Positions 39,226 to 49,783 are shown, counted from the first letter of the stretch. The stretch: DNA of 64,000 nt from an uncultured Candidatus Saccharibacteria bacterium (GCA_947425085.1 CANDYV010000001.1:11253-75252); one strand, 5' to 3'. The notes: generated by a model from the sequence alone, not told the origin. A program made the numbers and translations.

Positions 39226-40464
39226 ATGCGTTTTAGTAAACTTTTCACCAAGACCCTCCGCACCGCCCCGAAAGACGAAGCGGCTCGCGGCGCCCAATTT
39301 CTTTTGCGCGCTGGATATATTCATAAAGAACTCGCCGGCATCTACGATTACTTGCCGCTCGGCCTTCGCGTGCTCGAAAACATCAAAAAAATCATCCGCG
39401 AAGAGCTGAACGAAATCGGCTGCCAAGAAGTCCTCATGTCCAGTCTTCAAAATCCTGAGCCATGGCAAAAAACCGATCGCTGGGATATTGAAAAAATGGA
39501 CATCTGGTTCCGCACTCAACTCGCTGCCGGAGGCGAACTCGGTCTCGCCCCGACCCACGAAGAGCCGATGACGAACATGCTGAAGTCCTATGTCTCTAGC
39601 TATAAAGACTTGCCGATTTATGTCTATCAATTCCAGACTAAGTTCCGCAACGAGCTCCGCGCCAAATCCGGCATTATGCGCACCCGCGAATTCTTAATGA
39701 AGGATCTTTATAGTTATTCGACCGATGAAGAATCGCACGATAAGTTTTATCACGAAGCCGAAAAAGCCTATAAACGCATTTATGATCGCCTCGGCATTGG
39801 TGGCGACACCTTCCAAACTTTTGCGAGCGGCGGCGTCTTCTCGAAATACAGCCATGAGTTCCAGACTATCACCGAAGTCGGCGAAGATACAATTTATTTC
39901 AACGAAGATAAGTCCGTTGTCCTGAACGAAGAAGTTTTGAATGATGAAGTTCTCCAGGACCTCGGCGTCAAACGCGAGGAGCTAAAATCCGCCCGCGCCG
40001 CTGAAGTCGGCAACATCTTCACCCTCCGCGAAAAGTATTCCGCTCCGCTCGATCTTGCCTTCAATGACAAAGGTGGTAGTCGCAAAACCGTTTTCATGGG
40101 CTGCTATGGTATCGGCGTCTCCCGCGTCATGGGCGTCATCGCTGAAAAACTTGCCGACGACAAAGGCCTGGTCTGGCCGGAAAACATTGCTCCTTACAAA
40201 TATTATCTCGTCAATATCGGCGACGAAGGCACGAAACTTGCCGAGAAACTCTACAAAGATCACGAAGAGGATACGCTCTATGACGACCGCGACCTCCGTC
40301 CTGGCGAAAAATTCGCCGACGCCGAGCTCCTCGGCATTCCGTATCGCATCGTCGTCTCCGACCGCAATCTAGAAAAGGGAATTATCGAAGTCACGAACCG
40401 CGCTACGGGCGAAACTCGCGAACTTCCTGCCAAAGATTTCTCGCTTAGCGACCTTCACTTCTAA
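39226..40464 (+). CDS. proS: Proline--tRNA ligase (short form, no INS editing domain)
   Basis: Start re-called at ATG 39226 (MRFSKLF). LAPTHEE, KFRNELR, REFLMKDLYS and MGCYGIGVSR; 412 aa. Confidence 0.95.
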   Translation: MRFSKLFTKTLRTAPKDEAARGAQFLLRAGYIHKELAGIYDYLPLGLRVLENIKKIIREELNEIGCQEVLMSSLQNPEPWQKTDRWDIEKMDIWFRTQLAAGGELGLAPTHEEPMTNMLKSYVSSYKDLPIYVYQFQTKFRNELRAKSGIMRTREFLMKDLYSYSTDEESHDKFYHEAEKAYKRIYDRLGIGGDTFQTFASGGVFSKYSHEFQTITEVGEDTIYFNEDKSVVLNEEVLNDEVLQDLGVKREELKSARAAEVGNIFTLREKYSAPLDLAFNDKGGSRKTVFMGCYGIGVSRVMGVIAEKLADDKGLVWPENIAPYKYYLVNIGDEGTKLAEKLYKDHEEDTLYDDRDLRPGEKFADAELLGIPYRIVVSDRNLEKGIIEVTNRATGETRELPAKDFSLSDLHF

Positions 40465-40545
40465 AACTTCCAGTAAACAAGAACAGAGTTTACTCGCAGA
40501 ATAAATATTGACAAGATCTATCAACCATAATAAACTTTAAGAGTT

Positions 40546-40992
40546 ATGAAAAAGACAATCAATCTTACGCCAGCTGGCAAAACTGAGCTGGAAAATGAAT
40601 TAGCTGAACTTATTGCCCAGCGTCCCGCCATTGCCGAGCGCATTGCGACTGCTCGTGCTTTTGGTGACTTATCTGAAAACCAAGAATACACCGATGCTCG
40701 TGCTGAGCAAAAAACTGTCGAGAATCGCATTCTCGAAATCCAAGAAACTCTCAAAAATGCCGTCTTGATTAAAGCCCCGAAGAAAACAGACAAAGTTTCT
40801 ATCGGCTCGACCGTCGAGATCACCATGAGCGGCAAAAAGTTTACTTATACTATCGTCGGCCCGGTCGAAGCTAACCCTCTCGAAGGCAAGATTTCTCACG
40901 AATCCCCCATTGGTAAGGAGCTTCTCGGTCGCAAAGTCGGCGAAAGTTTCGACTTCAACGGCAAGAAAGTCACCATCAAAAACGTCGGCTAA
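40546..40992 (+). CDS. greA: Transcription elongation factor GreA
   Basis: ARAFGDLSENQEY and ISHESPIGKELLG. Confidence 0.96.
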   Translation: MKKTINLTPAGKTELENELAELIAQRPAIAERIATARAFGDLSENQEYTDARAEQKTVENRILEIQETLKNAVLIKAPKKTDKVSIGSTVEITMSGKKFTYTIVGPVEANPLEGKISHESPIGKELLGRKVGESFDFNGKKVTIKNVG

Positions 40993-41056
40993 TCAAGGCC
41001 GATAAACCCCTCGACAAGAATAAAGGTCGAACTAATTAACTTAAAAAGGATAAATT

Positions 41057-42514
41057 ATGACTACACTTAGCGATTATCGCGACGAACGGCTTCGTAAATT
41101 AGCCGAAATCCGCGCAATGGGCATCGATCCATACCCCGCAAAATCACATCGTAACACTAAAATCTCGACCATCGTCGACCATTTTGACGAAAAAGACGGC
41201 CAAGAAGTTTGTATTGCTGGCCGCATTATGGCAATCCGCTCCTTTGGCAAAATCGCCTTCGTCAAGCTCCGCGATTATTTCGGCGAAGTGCAAGTCTTTA
41301 TGCAAACCGTTGACGACATTCCGGGAGGCAATTTTGGCGTCAAACAGCTTAAACTCCTCGATACCGGCGACTTCGTCGAAGCAGCTGGCACCGTTGGCAA
41401 ATCTAGCACCGGCGAGATTTCAGTTTTTGCGAACTCCTTGCGCCTTCTCACGAAGTCTCTGCGTCCGCTTCCAGGCTATGATGGCCTAACTAACAAGGAA
41501 GAGCGCTATCGTCGCCGCTATGTTGACATGAACGTCAACCCCGAAGTCCGCGAACGCCTCGTCCGTCGCTCAAAGTTCTGGCAGGCTACTCGCGACTTCC
41601 TCACCAGCCACGGCTTCATCGAAATTAACACTCCGATCCTCGAACGCACGACCGGCGGTGCCGATGCCAATCCTTTCGTGACACACATGGACGCGCTCGA
41701 CGAGGACTATTATCTCCGCATTTCTCAAGAACTTCCGCTCAAACGCTTGCTTGGTGGCGGTTTCGACAAAGTTTTCGACATCGGCCCTCGTTTCCGCAAC
41801 GAAGGCGTCGACGACGAACATCTGCCGGAACATATCGCCATGGAATCCTACGCCGCTTACGAAAACTATGAGGACGGCATGGAACTCTATGAGGCGATGA
41901 TTAAGTATGTTGCCGAGCAGACTTGGGGGACTTTGCAATTCAATGTCGGCGGCTTCGAAGTGAATCTTGACCAAGAATGGCCGCGCGTCAAATATGCCGA
42001 CCTCTTGATGGATAAGTTCGGTATCGATGTTTTCAATGTCGACCGCGAAAAAGCTCTCGCAATTTTGAAAGAGAACGGCGCTCAGATTGACCCGAAGGTC
42101 GCTGATTCGCGCTTGCTTGACAACCTCTGGAAGCTAATTCGCAAAACTTCCGCTGGTCCGTACTGGTTGATTGAAGAACCGCTAAGCCTCAGCCCGCTCG
42201 CGAAGATCGTTCCTGAACGCCCACTCGTCACCCAGCGCTTCCATCCAATTATTGCCGGTACCGAAATGGGTAATGGCTATAGCGAGTTGAACGACCCGAT
42301 TGACCAGCTCGAACGCTTTGAAGAGCAGCAGGCTATGCGCGACGCCGGCGACGATGAGGCGCAGATGCTTGATATGGATTTCGTGGAAATGCTCGAATAT
42401 GGTATGCCGCCCGCTTGCGGTTGGGGTAACTCCGAGCGCAACTTCTGGCTCCTCGAAGGCGTCAGCGGCCGCGAAGCCGTTCCGTTCCCAATCATCAAAG
42501 ATCGCAACGAATAG
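41057..42514 (+). CDS. lysS: Lysine--tRNA ligase (class II)
   Basis: GGADANPF, LRISQELPLKRL, FRNEG, NGYSELNDP and EYGMPP. Confidence 0.96.
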   Translation: MTTLSDYRDERLRKLAEIRAMGIDPYPAKSHRNTKISTIVDHFDEKDGQEVCIAGRIMAIRSFGKIAFVKLRDYFGEVQVFMQTVDDIPGGNFGVKQLKLLDTGDFVEAAGTVGKSSTGEISVFANSLRLLTKSLRPLPGYDGLTNKEERYRRRYVDMNVNPEVRERLVRRSKFWQATRDFLTSHGFIEINTPILERTTGGADANPFVTHMDALDEDYYLRISQELPLKRLLGGGFDKVFDIGPRFRNEGVDDEHLPEHIAMESYAAYENYEDGMELYEAMIKYVAEQTWGTLQFNVGGFEVNLDQEWPRVKYADLLMDKFGIDVFNVDREKALAILKENGAQIDPKVADSRLLDNLWKLIRKTSAGPYWLIEEPLSLSPLAKIVPERPLVTQRFHPIIAGTEMGNGYSELNDPIDQLERFEEQQAMRDAGDDEAQMLDMDFVEMLEYGMPPACGWGNSERNFWLLEGVSGREAVPFPIIKDRNE

Positions 42515-42519
42515 CCCAG

Positions 42520-42548
42520 AAATAGCCTCTAAGAACGGAGGCTATTTT
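42520..42548 (+). terminator. Terminator after lysS
   Basis: Stem aaatagcctc/gaggctattt. Confidence 0.8.
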
Positions 42549-42610
42549 CATATGTGATGCCTAAAATCGACTTTTCGAAAACTCATTAAGCGTGCTAAAA
42601 TAGTAGTAAT

Positions 42611-43558
42611 ATGAGTGGTAAAATTATGATTGTAGGGACGGGCAATGTTGGCTCGAGCATTGCGTTTACGCTTTTGAATCAGCGCACCCCCGTCAAAGAA
42701 GTAATACTAACTGATATCGACACTGAAGATGCCGAGGGTGAAGTCATGGATTTGACCGATGCACTCGCCGTCTCGCCCAGTTTCTTGCGCATCAAGACCG
42801 GCACTTACGCCGACGCTGGCGATTGTGATATCTGTATTATTACTGCCGGAGCAAACCAAAAGCCTGGCGAAACTCGCACCGACCTCGTCCGCAAAAACGC
42901 CGCCATTCTGAAAAGTATTGTCGACCCCGTCATGAACGCCGGCTTTCACGGTATTTTTCTCGTCGTTTCCAACCCAGTCGATACTTTAAGTTTCTTAACT
43001 TATCAGTATTCCGGTCTGCCTGCTGAAAAAGTCATCGGCAGCGGCACCGTCCTCGATTCGGCGCGCCTACGCTACTGTATCGCCGAAGAACTTGACGTCC
43101 ATCCGAAATCCGTCCACGCCTATCAAATCGGCGAACATGGCGATAGTGAGTTTACTCTCTGGTCGGCCGCTACGACCGGCGGCGAAAAAGTCGTCGACCT
43201 TCTTTCCAAAAATAAGCGCGACCAAATCGAAGATTATGTCCGCAATAAAGCCTACCAAATCATCCAGAAAAAAGGCGCGACTTATTATGGCGTTGGCAAC
43301 TGCGTCGTCCAAATCATCAACTGCATCTTGAACGACGAACGTCGCATCCTCCCGGTTTCTTCTTATGACGACAACACAAAAGTCTACAACGGTTTTCCGG
43401 CCGTCGTCGGTAAAGCTGGAATCATTCGCCGCCTGAAAGTTAAGCTTACCGAAGAAGAGGGAATTAAGTTCCAAAAATCCGCCAACGCTATCCGCGAAAC
43501 CATCACCGAGGCCGAACAAACGACTGGCGCAAAACCCGAGGAGGCAAAAAATGCTTAA
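42611..43558 (+). CDS. ldh: L-lactate dehydrogenase
   Basis: GTGNVG, TAGANQKPGETR (Q at the specificity position indicates LDH rather than MDH), SNPVD, LDSAR and GEHGDS. Confidence 0.9.
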   Translation: MSGKIMIVGTGNVGSSIAFTLLNQRTPVKEVILTDIDTEDAEGEVMDLTDALAVSPSFLRIKTGTYADAGDCDICIITAGANQKPGETRTDLVRKNAAILKSIVDPVMNAGFHGIFLVVSNPVDTLSFLTYQYSGLPAEKVIGSGTVLDSARLRYCIAEELDVHPKSVHAYQIGEHGDSEFTLWSAATTGGEKVVDLLSKNKRDQIEDYVRNKAYQIIQKKGATYYGVGNCVVQIINCILNDERRILPVSSYDDNTKVYNGFPAVVGKAGIIRRLKVKLTEEEGIKFQKSANAIRETITEAEQTTGAKPEEAKNA

Positions 43559-45497
43559 AAAACTCCGTCTCCTCGGTCTCGTCCTTATCGGCGCTCTTTT
43601 ACCACTTATCGCTCCCGTCGCGACCGCCAGCGCAACCACAATTTACGCCAGCTCCTACTTCCGCAGCTTCGACGCTGACTATTATCTTGAAAAAGACGAT
43701 GAAGGAAAGTCCGTCTTGCGCGTCGTCGAAGAAATTACCGCCGTCTTTCCGGCCGATAGCGAAGAACACGGCATCACCCGTATTCTTCCATTCACCGGTG
43801 AAGAAGATTTGACCGATGAGAAAACTCTCGCTATCACCGCCACTCGCAACGGCCAACCCGAAAATATTGCTCGAATCATTACCGACGACGACAACTTTGA
43901 ACTGCGCGTTGGCAATGCGAACCGCACCGTCTCCGGCGTCCAGACTTATCGTCTCGAATATACTTACCGCAACGTCATCACAACCGAAAAAACTCACCAA
44001 GAGCTCTATTGGAATACGAACGGCACCGGCTGGACGAAACCCTTCCTCGAATTGAACGCCCGCGTCCACTTCGGCGAGGGTCTTGAAAAGGCTTATACTG
44101 GCGATTACGCCTGTTATGTCGGACGCTATGGCAGCAGCGGCCAGAGTCGCTGCACTGTCTCGAAAATCTCTGACGGTCTGGAATTTTCTGCCGAAAACCT
44201 AAATGCCCGCGAAAATCTTACTTTCGCTATTGCCTTCGACTCTAAAACTTTCAAAGACAATGAGGACGACGGCTACATTCTCGATACCAAAACTTACACC
44301 GACAATCGTCTAATGGTCATGGTCATTGTGGCCGGCGCGCTCGGTCTTGTCCTTGTCGGAGTTGGCATCGTTGCTTGGCGTAGCGTCAGCGCAAAACGCA
44401 AATTCTATAAAGGCTACTTCATCAAACCTGAATATACCCCGCCTGCTGGTTTTTCGGTCGCGGAAATGTCTGAAAACTACATCGGCAAATCTTACGGCAG
44501 CAAACAAGTCGCAACTTTGCTTACTCTCGCCGTCAATCACAAAGTCGAACTCATTAAAACCGAGACCGACGGGCTCTTCGGCAAAAAAGTTCCTGCCTGG
44601 AAAGTTCGTATTAAATCTAACGAGATGACCAAGCAGCAACTTATCGTTCTCAAGATTCTCGCTGGTAGCAACACTAATATCCATGTCGGTCAAGAAATTG
44701 ATATTAAAACCCATACCGCCAATTCCGCGCTCATCCAACTCGGCAAAGATTTCGACGATAATATTAAGACTCGCCTCGAGGAAAAAGGTCTTCTCGAACC
44801 GACTGCCAAAGACTCGAAAGCCGCCAAAACCGCCGAACCAACCGCCCCTACCGCCAAGTCAAAACCGAAACTCTCCGGCATTCTTAGCGTTTGTGCCGCA
44901 ATCTGGGTAATCGCCTGGATCTTTGTCATTATCTTCTCTTTCGACGAAGATTCGCTTCCAAATTACGTCACCCTGCCAAATGCCGCCCTTTTCGGAACCT
45001 TACTTGCGGCCATCCTTATCGGCGTCACCATCTTCCTGATTGTCGTTATTTCTAATACTTCTCACTTCGAAAAACATACCGAGAAAGGTCTCGAATATTC
45101 TCGCTATCTCGATGGCCTAAAACTTTATATGAAAATGGCCGAAGCCGACCGTCTCAAGATGCTTCAAAGCGTCGATGGCACCGACACAACCAACGAGGGT
45201 ATTGTCAAACTCTATGAGAAACTTCTCCCTTACGCTATCATCTTTCAGCTTGAAAAAAGTTGGTTAGATGAACTTAGCCACTATTACGAACAGCCCGACG
45301 TCGCTACTCCGGCCTGGTATATCGGTATGGGCGCCTTCTCAGCTCGCGACTTCAGCTCGGCCATGACCCAGATGAGCAGCGCAGCCTCGAGCACAATTGT
45401 CTCATCTTCCAGCAGTTCTAGCTCGTCTGGTGGCGGTATCGGCGGCGGTGGTTTCTCCGGCGGGGGCGGAGGTGGCGGCGGAGGCGGCACTTGGTAA
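43551..45497 (+). CDS. DUF2207-family membrane protein
   Basis: Signal peptide, HGITR, ELYWN..GTGW, YEKLLPYA and a Ser/Gly-rich tail ending GGGGGTW. Confidence 0.88.
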   Translation: MLKKLRLLGLVLIGALLPLIAPVATASATTIYASSYFRSFDADYYLEKDDEGKSVLRVVEEITAVFPADSEEHGITRILPFTGEEDLTDEKTLAITATRNGQPENIARIITDDDNFELRVGNANRTVSGVQTYRLEYTYRNVITTEKTHQELYWNTNGTGWTKPFLELNARVHFGEGLEKAYTGDYACYVGRYGSSGQSRCTVSKISDGLEFSAENLNARENLTFAIAFDSKTFKDNEDDGYILDTKTYTDNRLMVMVIVAGALGLVLVGVGIVAWRSVSAKRKFYKGYFIKPEYTPPAGFSVAEMSENYIGKSYGSKQVATLLTLAVNHKVELIKTETDGLFGKKVPAWKVRIKSNEMTKQQLIVLKILAGSNTNIHVGQEIDIKTHTANSALIQLGKDFDDNIKTRLEEKGLLEPTAKDSKAAKTAEPTAPTAKSKPKLSGILSVCAAIWVIAWIFVIIFSFDEDSLPNYVTLPNAALFGTLLAAILIGVTIFLIVVISNTSHFEKHTEKGLEYSRYLDGLKLYMKMAEADRLKMLQSVDGTDTTNEGIVKLYEKLLPYAIIFQLEKSWLDELSHYYEQPDVATPAWYIGMGAFSARDFSSAMTQMSSAASSTIVSSSSSSSSSGGGIGGGGFSGGGGGGGGGGTW

Positions 45498-45573
45498 TCC
45501 TCCCCACCAACACCCAGTCAGTTATCGCTCGATAAAACTCTAAACTTACGCAGTTTTGTGCTACAATAATTAT

Positions 45574-46818
45574 ATGTTAGACATCAATTTCATTCGGAAA
45601 AATCAAGAGTTAGTTGAAAAGTCTGCTCGCGAAAAAGGTTATCAAGTTGATATTCCTACCCTTCTTGAGCTGGATGATGCGCGCAAGTCATCACTCCAAA
45701 CCGTTGAAGAACTTCGCCAGCGCCGCAATGAATTGTCTAGCCGCATGAAAGGCGGCAAGCCAGATCCCGAGCTTATTGCTCAGGCAAAAGAAGTTAAAGA
45801 ACAACTCGCCGCGCTCGAGCCTGGGCTTTCCGACATCGAAAAACAACTTGCCGACGGCTTGAAACAAGTTCCAAATATCATTTTTGAGGATGTTCCGCTT
45901 GGTGGCGAAGAATGTAGTGTCGAAATCAAAAGTTGGGGCGAACACCGCACCGATGGTGTCGACCATCTTGATTATGCAATTTCCCGCGATTGGGTCGACT
46001 TTGAACGTGGCGCCAAAGTTGCCGGCGCAAAGTTCTACTACCTAAAGAACGGTCTTGCCCTTCTCGAAAATGCTCTGCTTCAGTTCGGTCTGAAAAAAGT
46101 CACCGAGCATGGTTTCAATTTTATGACCGTCCCCGACATGGTTTCCAGCAAAATCCTCGAAGGTTGCGGCTTTAATCCGCGCAGCAGCGAGCAAAGTGAT
46201 GAATATTATATCGAGGGCGAAGACCTTGCCATGATTGCGACCGCCGAAATGCCGCTCACCGGCTATCATATGGACGAAATCATCGACGAAAAAGATCTCC
46301 CGCTTTGCTACGCTGGTTATAGCGCCTGCTTCCGTAAAGAAGCCGGCACTTACGGCAAACATACTCGCGGCCTCTTCCGCGTCCATCAGTTTAACAAGCT
46401 CGAAATGTATGTTTTCTGTTTGCCAGAAAAGTCTAAAGAAATGCACGAAAAAATTCGCGAAATCGAAGAAGAAATCTGGCAAGAACTCGGCATTCCGTAT
46501 CGCGTTATCAATATTGCCGCTGGCGATCTCGGCGCTCCCGCTGCCAAAAAATATGATATTGAATACTGGTCGCCGGTCGATCAGAAATATCGCGAACTTA
46601 CTAGCTGTTCGAACTGCACCGACTTCCAGGCTCGCAGTCTTAACATCCGCGTCCGCCGGAACGACGGCCAGGTCGAAGTCCTACATACTTTGAATGGGAC
46701 CGCAATTTCACTCGCTCGCACTATGGTCGTTGTTCTTGAAAATTACGCGCAGAAAGATGGAAAACTCAAACTTCCTGAAGCCTTGCGTGGATACTTTGGT
46801 GGAGCGACTGAGATTTAG
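45574..46818 (+). CDS. serS: Serine--tRNA ligase
   Basis: Start re-called at ATG 45574 (MLDINFIR). ATAE, CFRKEAG, RVHQFNKLE, SCSNCTDFQAR and HTLNGT. Confidence 0.97.
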   Translation: MLDINFIRKNQELVEKSAREKGYQVDIPTLLELDDARKSSLQTVEELRQRRNELSSRMKGGKPDPELIAQAKEVKEQLAALEPGLSDIEKQLADGLKQVPNIIFEDVPLGGEECSVEIKSWGEHRTDGVDHLDYAISRDWVDFERGAKVAGAKFYYLKNGLALLENALLQFGLKKVTEHGFNFMTVPDMVSSKILEGCGFNPRSSEQSDEYYIEGEDLAMIATAEMPLTGYHMDEIIDEKDLPLCYAGYSACFRKEAGTYGKHTRGLFRVHQFNKLEMYVFCLPEKSKEMHEKIREIEEEIWQELGIPYRVINIAAGDLGAPAAKKYDIEYWSPVDQKYRELTSCSNCTDFQARSLNIRVRRNDGQVEVLHTLNGTAISLARTMVVVLENYAQKDGKLKLPEALRGYFGGATEI

Positions 46819-46820
46819 CT

Positions 46821-48581
46821 ATGCCGGGGTCGGAGCAAACATCCCAGCAGGGCAAAAATTTCCCGCACGAAGAAAAACAACGCAGCAAAAACTCAGCCGC
46901 GCCTGATATTGAAGTCCCGCCGGCCGACCCCCATGCGCCAAAAAGCAAGCGCCGCAGCCATTTCCGCTTTAGCTCCGTCGTCGCGCTCGCAAATCGCAAG
47001 CTCTCCGTCAAATTTGCCGCAGTCGTCCTCGCCAGCTCGACCCTAGTCTCGGCCCTGCTCGGTATCTTTCGCGACCGCCTCTTAAACTCATATTATCTTG
47101 ACACCTACCCGACCGGCATCGACGCTTACACCGCCGCCTTCACTATCCCCGACTTCATGTTTTTCATCCTCACTTCTGGCGCACTCGCCGTCAGCTTTAT
47201 CCCGGTCTTCAATCAGCGTCTCGCCTCTGGCAATAAAAAGTCCGCTTGGGAGCTTTCTTCTAGTATCCTTAACCTCATGGCACTAATGACGCTCGTCGCT
47301 TCAATCCTAATTATGGTTTTTGCCGATCCGCTCGTCCGCTACATTGTCGGCCCCGGCCTCGACGAATCCGGCACCATCCTCGCTATCAACATGATGCGCG
47401 TCATCGCTATCAACCCCTTCCTCTTTTCTATCTCCACTATCCTCTCCAGCATCCAGCAGGCTCTCGGTCGATTCGTCTTTTACGCTCTCGCCCCGGCCCT
47501 TTATAATATCGGCATCTTGATCGGCATCGTTTGGTTCACCGGCGGCATCAACATCTTCGGCTGGCAAATTTTCGAAGGCGGAATCATGGGCGTCGCGCTC
47601 GGCGTGGTATTTGGCGCCGTGCTTCAGCTCATTGTTAGTCTCGTCGGGCTCTTTGGTCTCGGCTTTGATTATGAATTCAAGCTCCATTGGAAGAATCAAG
47701 GCTTCCGTTCCGTCCTCAAGCTCCTCCCCGCCCGCTCGCTCGACCAGGGAATTGACTACGTCAACACGCTCGTCACCACCAACCTTTCCTCGCGCATGGG
47801 TGCCGGGGCGCTTCGCTCTTATCAACAAGCCTCCAGCCTTGCTGGCATGCCCGTCAACCTCATCGGCGTCGCCATTTCGACCGCCTTTTTCCCGCAGCTC
47901 ACCGAAGAAGTCGGTGCCGGTCACGAAGCCAAGTTTCGTCAGACTTTTCGCACCGCCCTCAGCACTATTATCTGGATTTCCATGCCCATTTCTATCATCG
48001 CCTTTTTCGCTCGCGGTTATGTCGTCAGCTTTATTAAAAACGGCGGCGACCAGCTTATCTCATCGGTATTAGCCACTTTGATCATCTCGATTTTCGCGCA
48101 CTCTGTCTTCCATATCGCGTCGCGCGGATTCTATGCCAAACAAGACACAAAAACTCCATTCATTATTTCCGTTGTCGCTATCGGCGCCACGATCCTCCTC
48201 GCCGTCGCCTTCACAATGCTCGGACTTGGCCCGGAAGGCCTCGGCTGGGCGCAATCTATCGGCGCCATTCTAGAAATCGTTCTCCTTCTCGGCATCCTCC
48301 AGCGCCGCTCCGAACGCGACCTCCTGAACAAAGCTTTCTGGCGTAACTTCACCAAAACCGCCATCGCTACCGTCATCACCGGCTGCGTCGCCTATTCTAT
48401 GACCAAGTTTTTCCCGCTCATGGCAACCGACGACTCCATCTTTGTCGTTTTCCCGAAGTTCTGCCTCATCACCATCGTTTCGCTCGTCGCCTACCTTGTT
48501 GCCGGCTATTTCCTCGGCATCGAGCAAATCAAACCCATCACCGAAAAAGTCAAGAAAATCCTATTCCGCAATATCGAATAA
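46821..48581 (+). CDS. murJ: Lipid II flippase MurJ/MviN
   Basis: LGIFRD, DAYTAAFTIPD, SFIPVF and RGFYAKQDTKTP; multiple TMs. Confidence 0.9.
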   Translation: MPGSEQTSQQGKNFPHEEKQRSKNSAAPDIEVPPADPHAPKSKRRSHFRFSSVVALANRKLSVKFAAVVLASSTLVSALLGIFRDRLLNSYYLDTYPTGIDAYTAAFTIPDFMFFILTSGALAVSFIPVFNQRLASGNKKSAWELSSSILNLMALMTLVASILIMVFADPLVRYIVGPGLDESGTILAINMMRVIAINPFLFSISTILSSIQQALGRFVFYALAPALYNIGILIGIVWFTGGINIFGWQIFEGGIMGVALGVVFGAVLQLIVSLVGLFGLGFDYEFKLHWKNQGFRSVLKLLPARSLDQGIDYVNTLVTTNLSSRMGAGALRSYQQASSLAGMPVNLIGVAISTAFFPQLTEEVGAGHEAKFRQTFRTALSTIIWISMPISIIAFFARGYVVSFIKNGGDQLISSVLATLIISIFAHSVFHIASRGFYAKQDTKTPFIISVVAIGATILLAVAFTMLGLGPEGLGWAQSIGAILEIVLLLGILQRRSERDLLNKAFWRNFTKTAIATVITGCVAYSMTKFFPLMATDDSIFVVFPKFCLITIVSLVAYLVAGYFLGIEQIKPITEKVKKILFRNIE

Positions 48582-48610
48582 TCACATAATACTTATGCTA
48601 TAATAAACTT

Positions 48611-49417
48611 ATGGATATTTTTCAGTCAATTTTGCTCGGCTTCGTTCAAGGAATCACGGAGTTCATCCCAGTTTCCTCGTCCGGACATCTCGAACTTGTC
48701 CAACAGCTCTTCAACTTCTCCGGCGAGAACTTTCATCTTTTCCTCGAATTCATCAATCTCGGCACCTTACTCGCGCTCTTAATTTACTTCCGCAAGCGCA
48801 TTTGGAAAATCATCAAAGGCATTTTTGTCGAAAAAAACTACCGCCTCGCTCTAAACATTCTTATCACCAGCATCCCAGCCGGCATCATCGGCTTGCTTCT
48901 TTCGAGTTTTATTGAAGAAAACAGTTTCTTTAGCTCGCTCTATACCGTCTGCGCCGCCATGGGCATCGTCGGTATCATCATGGTCGTCATCGACCACCTT
49001 CCGCACATGTCGAAACTTAAAGACGAAAACGAACTCACGCCCGTCCGCGCGCTTATTATCGGTCTGTTGCAAACTTTTGCCCTCATTCCTGGCGTCTCTC
49101 GCTCCGGCTCGACTATCATCGCCGGCCGTCTCGTCGGCATGGACTCTGAATCCTCCGCTGAATACTCTTTTCTCGCCTCGATTCCAATTATGGCCGCCGT
49201 TTGTCTTCGCATGTTCCTCTCCTCGACTGGTCGCGACTACTTCTCGGCCAACCTCGGACCACTTCTACTTGGCAATCTCGTCGCCTTTATCGTCGGCCTG
49301 GTTGCCCTCCGCTTCCTCCTTACTTACCTCAAAAAACCAAAATCCCTCCAAAGTTTCGGCAAATACCGCATCATCGTCGCCTGTCTCGTTATCGGCACGC
49401 TCCTCATCCTAGCCTAA
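48611..49417 (+). CDS. uppP: Undecaprenyl-diphosphate phosphatase (BacA)
   Basis: QGITEFIPVSSSGHL and PGVSRSGSTI. Confidence 0.95.
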   Translation: MDIFQSILLGFVQGITEFIPVSSSGHLELVQQLFNFSGENFHLFLEFINLGTLLALLIYFRKRIWKIIKGIFVEKNYRLALNILITSIPAGIIGLLLSSFIEENSFFSSLYTVCAAMGIVGIIMVVIDHLPHMSKLKDENELTPVRALIIGLLQTFALIPGVSRSGSTIIAGRLVGMDSESSAEYSFLASIPIMAAVCLRMFLSSTGRDYFSANLGPLLLGNLVAFIVGLVALRFLLTYLKKPKSLQSFGKYRIIVACLVIGTLLILA

Positions 49418-49496
49418 CCGCGCCCTAATCTTACTTTTTCTATCTTTTTGTCATTCTACCTCTGTTAAAATCCACCCGAAATTATCTCGCTTATGC

Positions 49497-49525
49497 TTGC
49501 CTTATAGCTCAAGGTTTGCTATCAT
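49497..49525 (+). promoter_or_regulatory. Sigma70-type promoter of a stand-alone small transcript
   Basis: TTGCCT-17-TATCAT with a TG extension. Shares gcttatgcttgc...tttgctat with the promoter at 53706-53743. Confidence 0.6.
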
Positions 49526-49604
49526 AGTAAGGTGTTCCGGAGGATTAGGTCGATTAGCCTTTTGCTGCTATCCCGAGGCGCACAGCACTTAAACAGGAGA
49601 ATGA

Positions 49605-49700
49605 ATGCGTAGTAAATCCAAACGCCCGAACGCGCGCCGCGAGAAACTTTTCCCGCCTGCGCCTTGGCAAGAGTTCATTGAAATCGAGCCGAAGTTCTAG
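49605..49700 (+). CDS. Candidate small peptide (31 aa), not in the ORF track
   Basis: SD aggag; MRSKSKRPNARREKLFPPAPWQEFIEIEPKF*; sits between a promoter and a terminator. Confidence 0.4.
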   Translation: MRSKSKRPNARREKLFPPAPWQEFIEIEPKF

Positions 49701-49749
49701 CTTCACTCTATCGAGCCAAAGTTCTAGCAATAAGTTTAATACGCTTATC

Positions 49750-49783
49750 AAAGTCCCGAGCCCGCAAAGCCTGGGACTTTTTT
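49750..49783 (+). terminator. Terminator of the small transcript
   Basis: Stem aaagtccc/gggacttt followed by a T-run. Confidence 0.8.
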
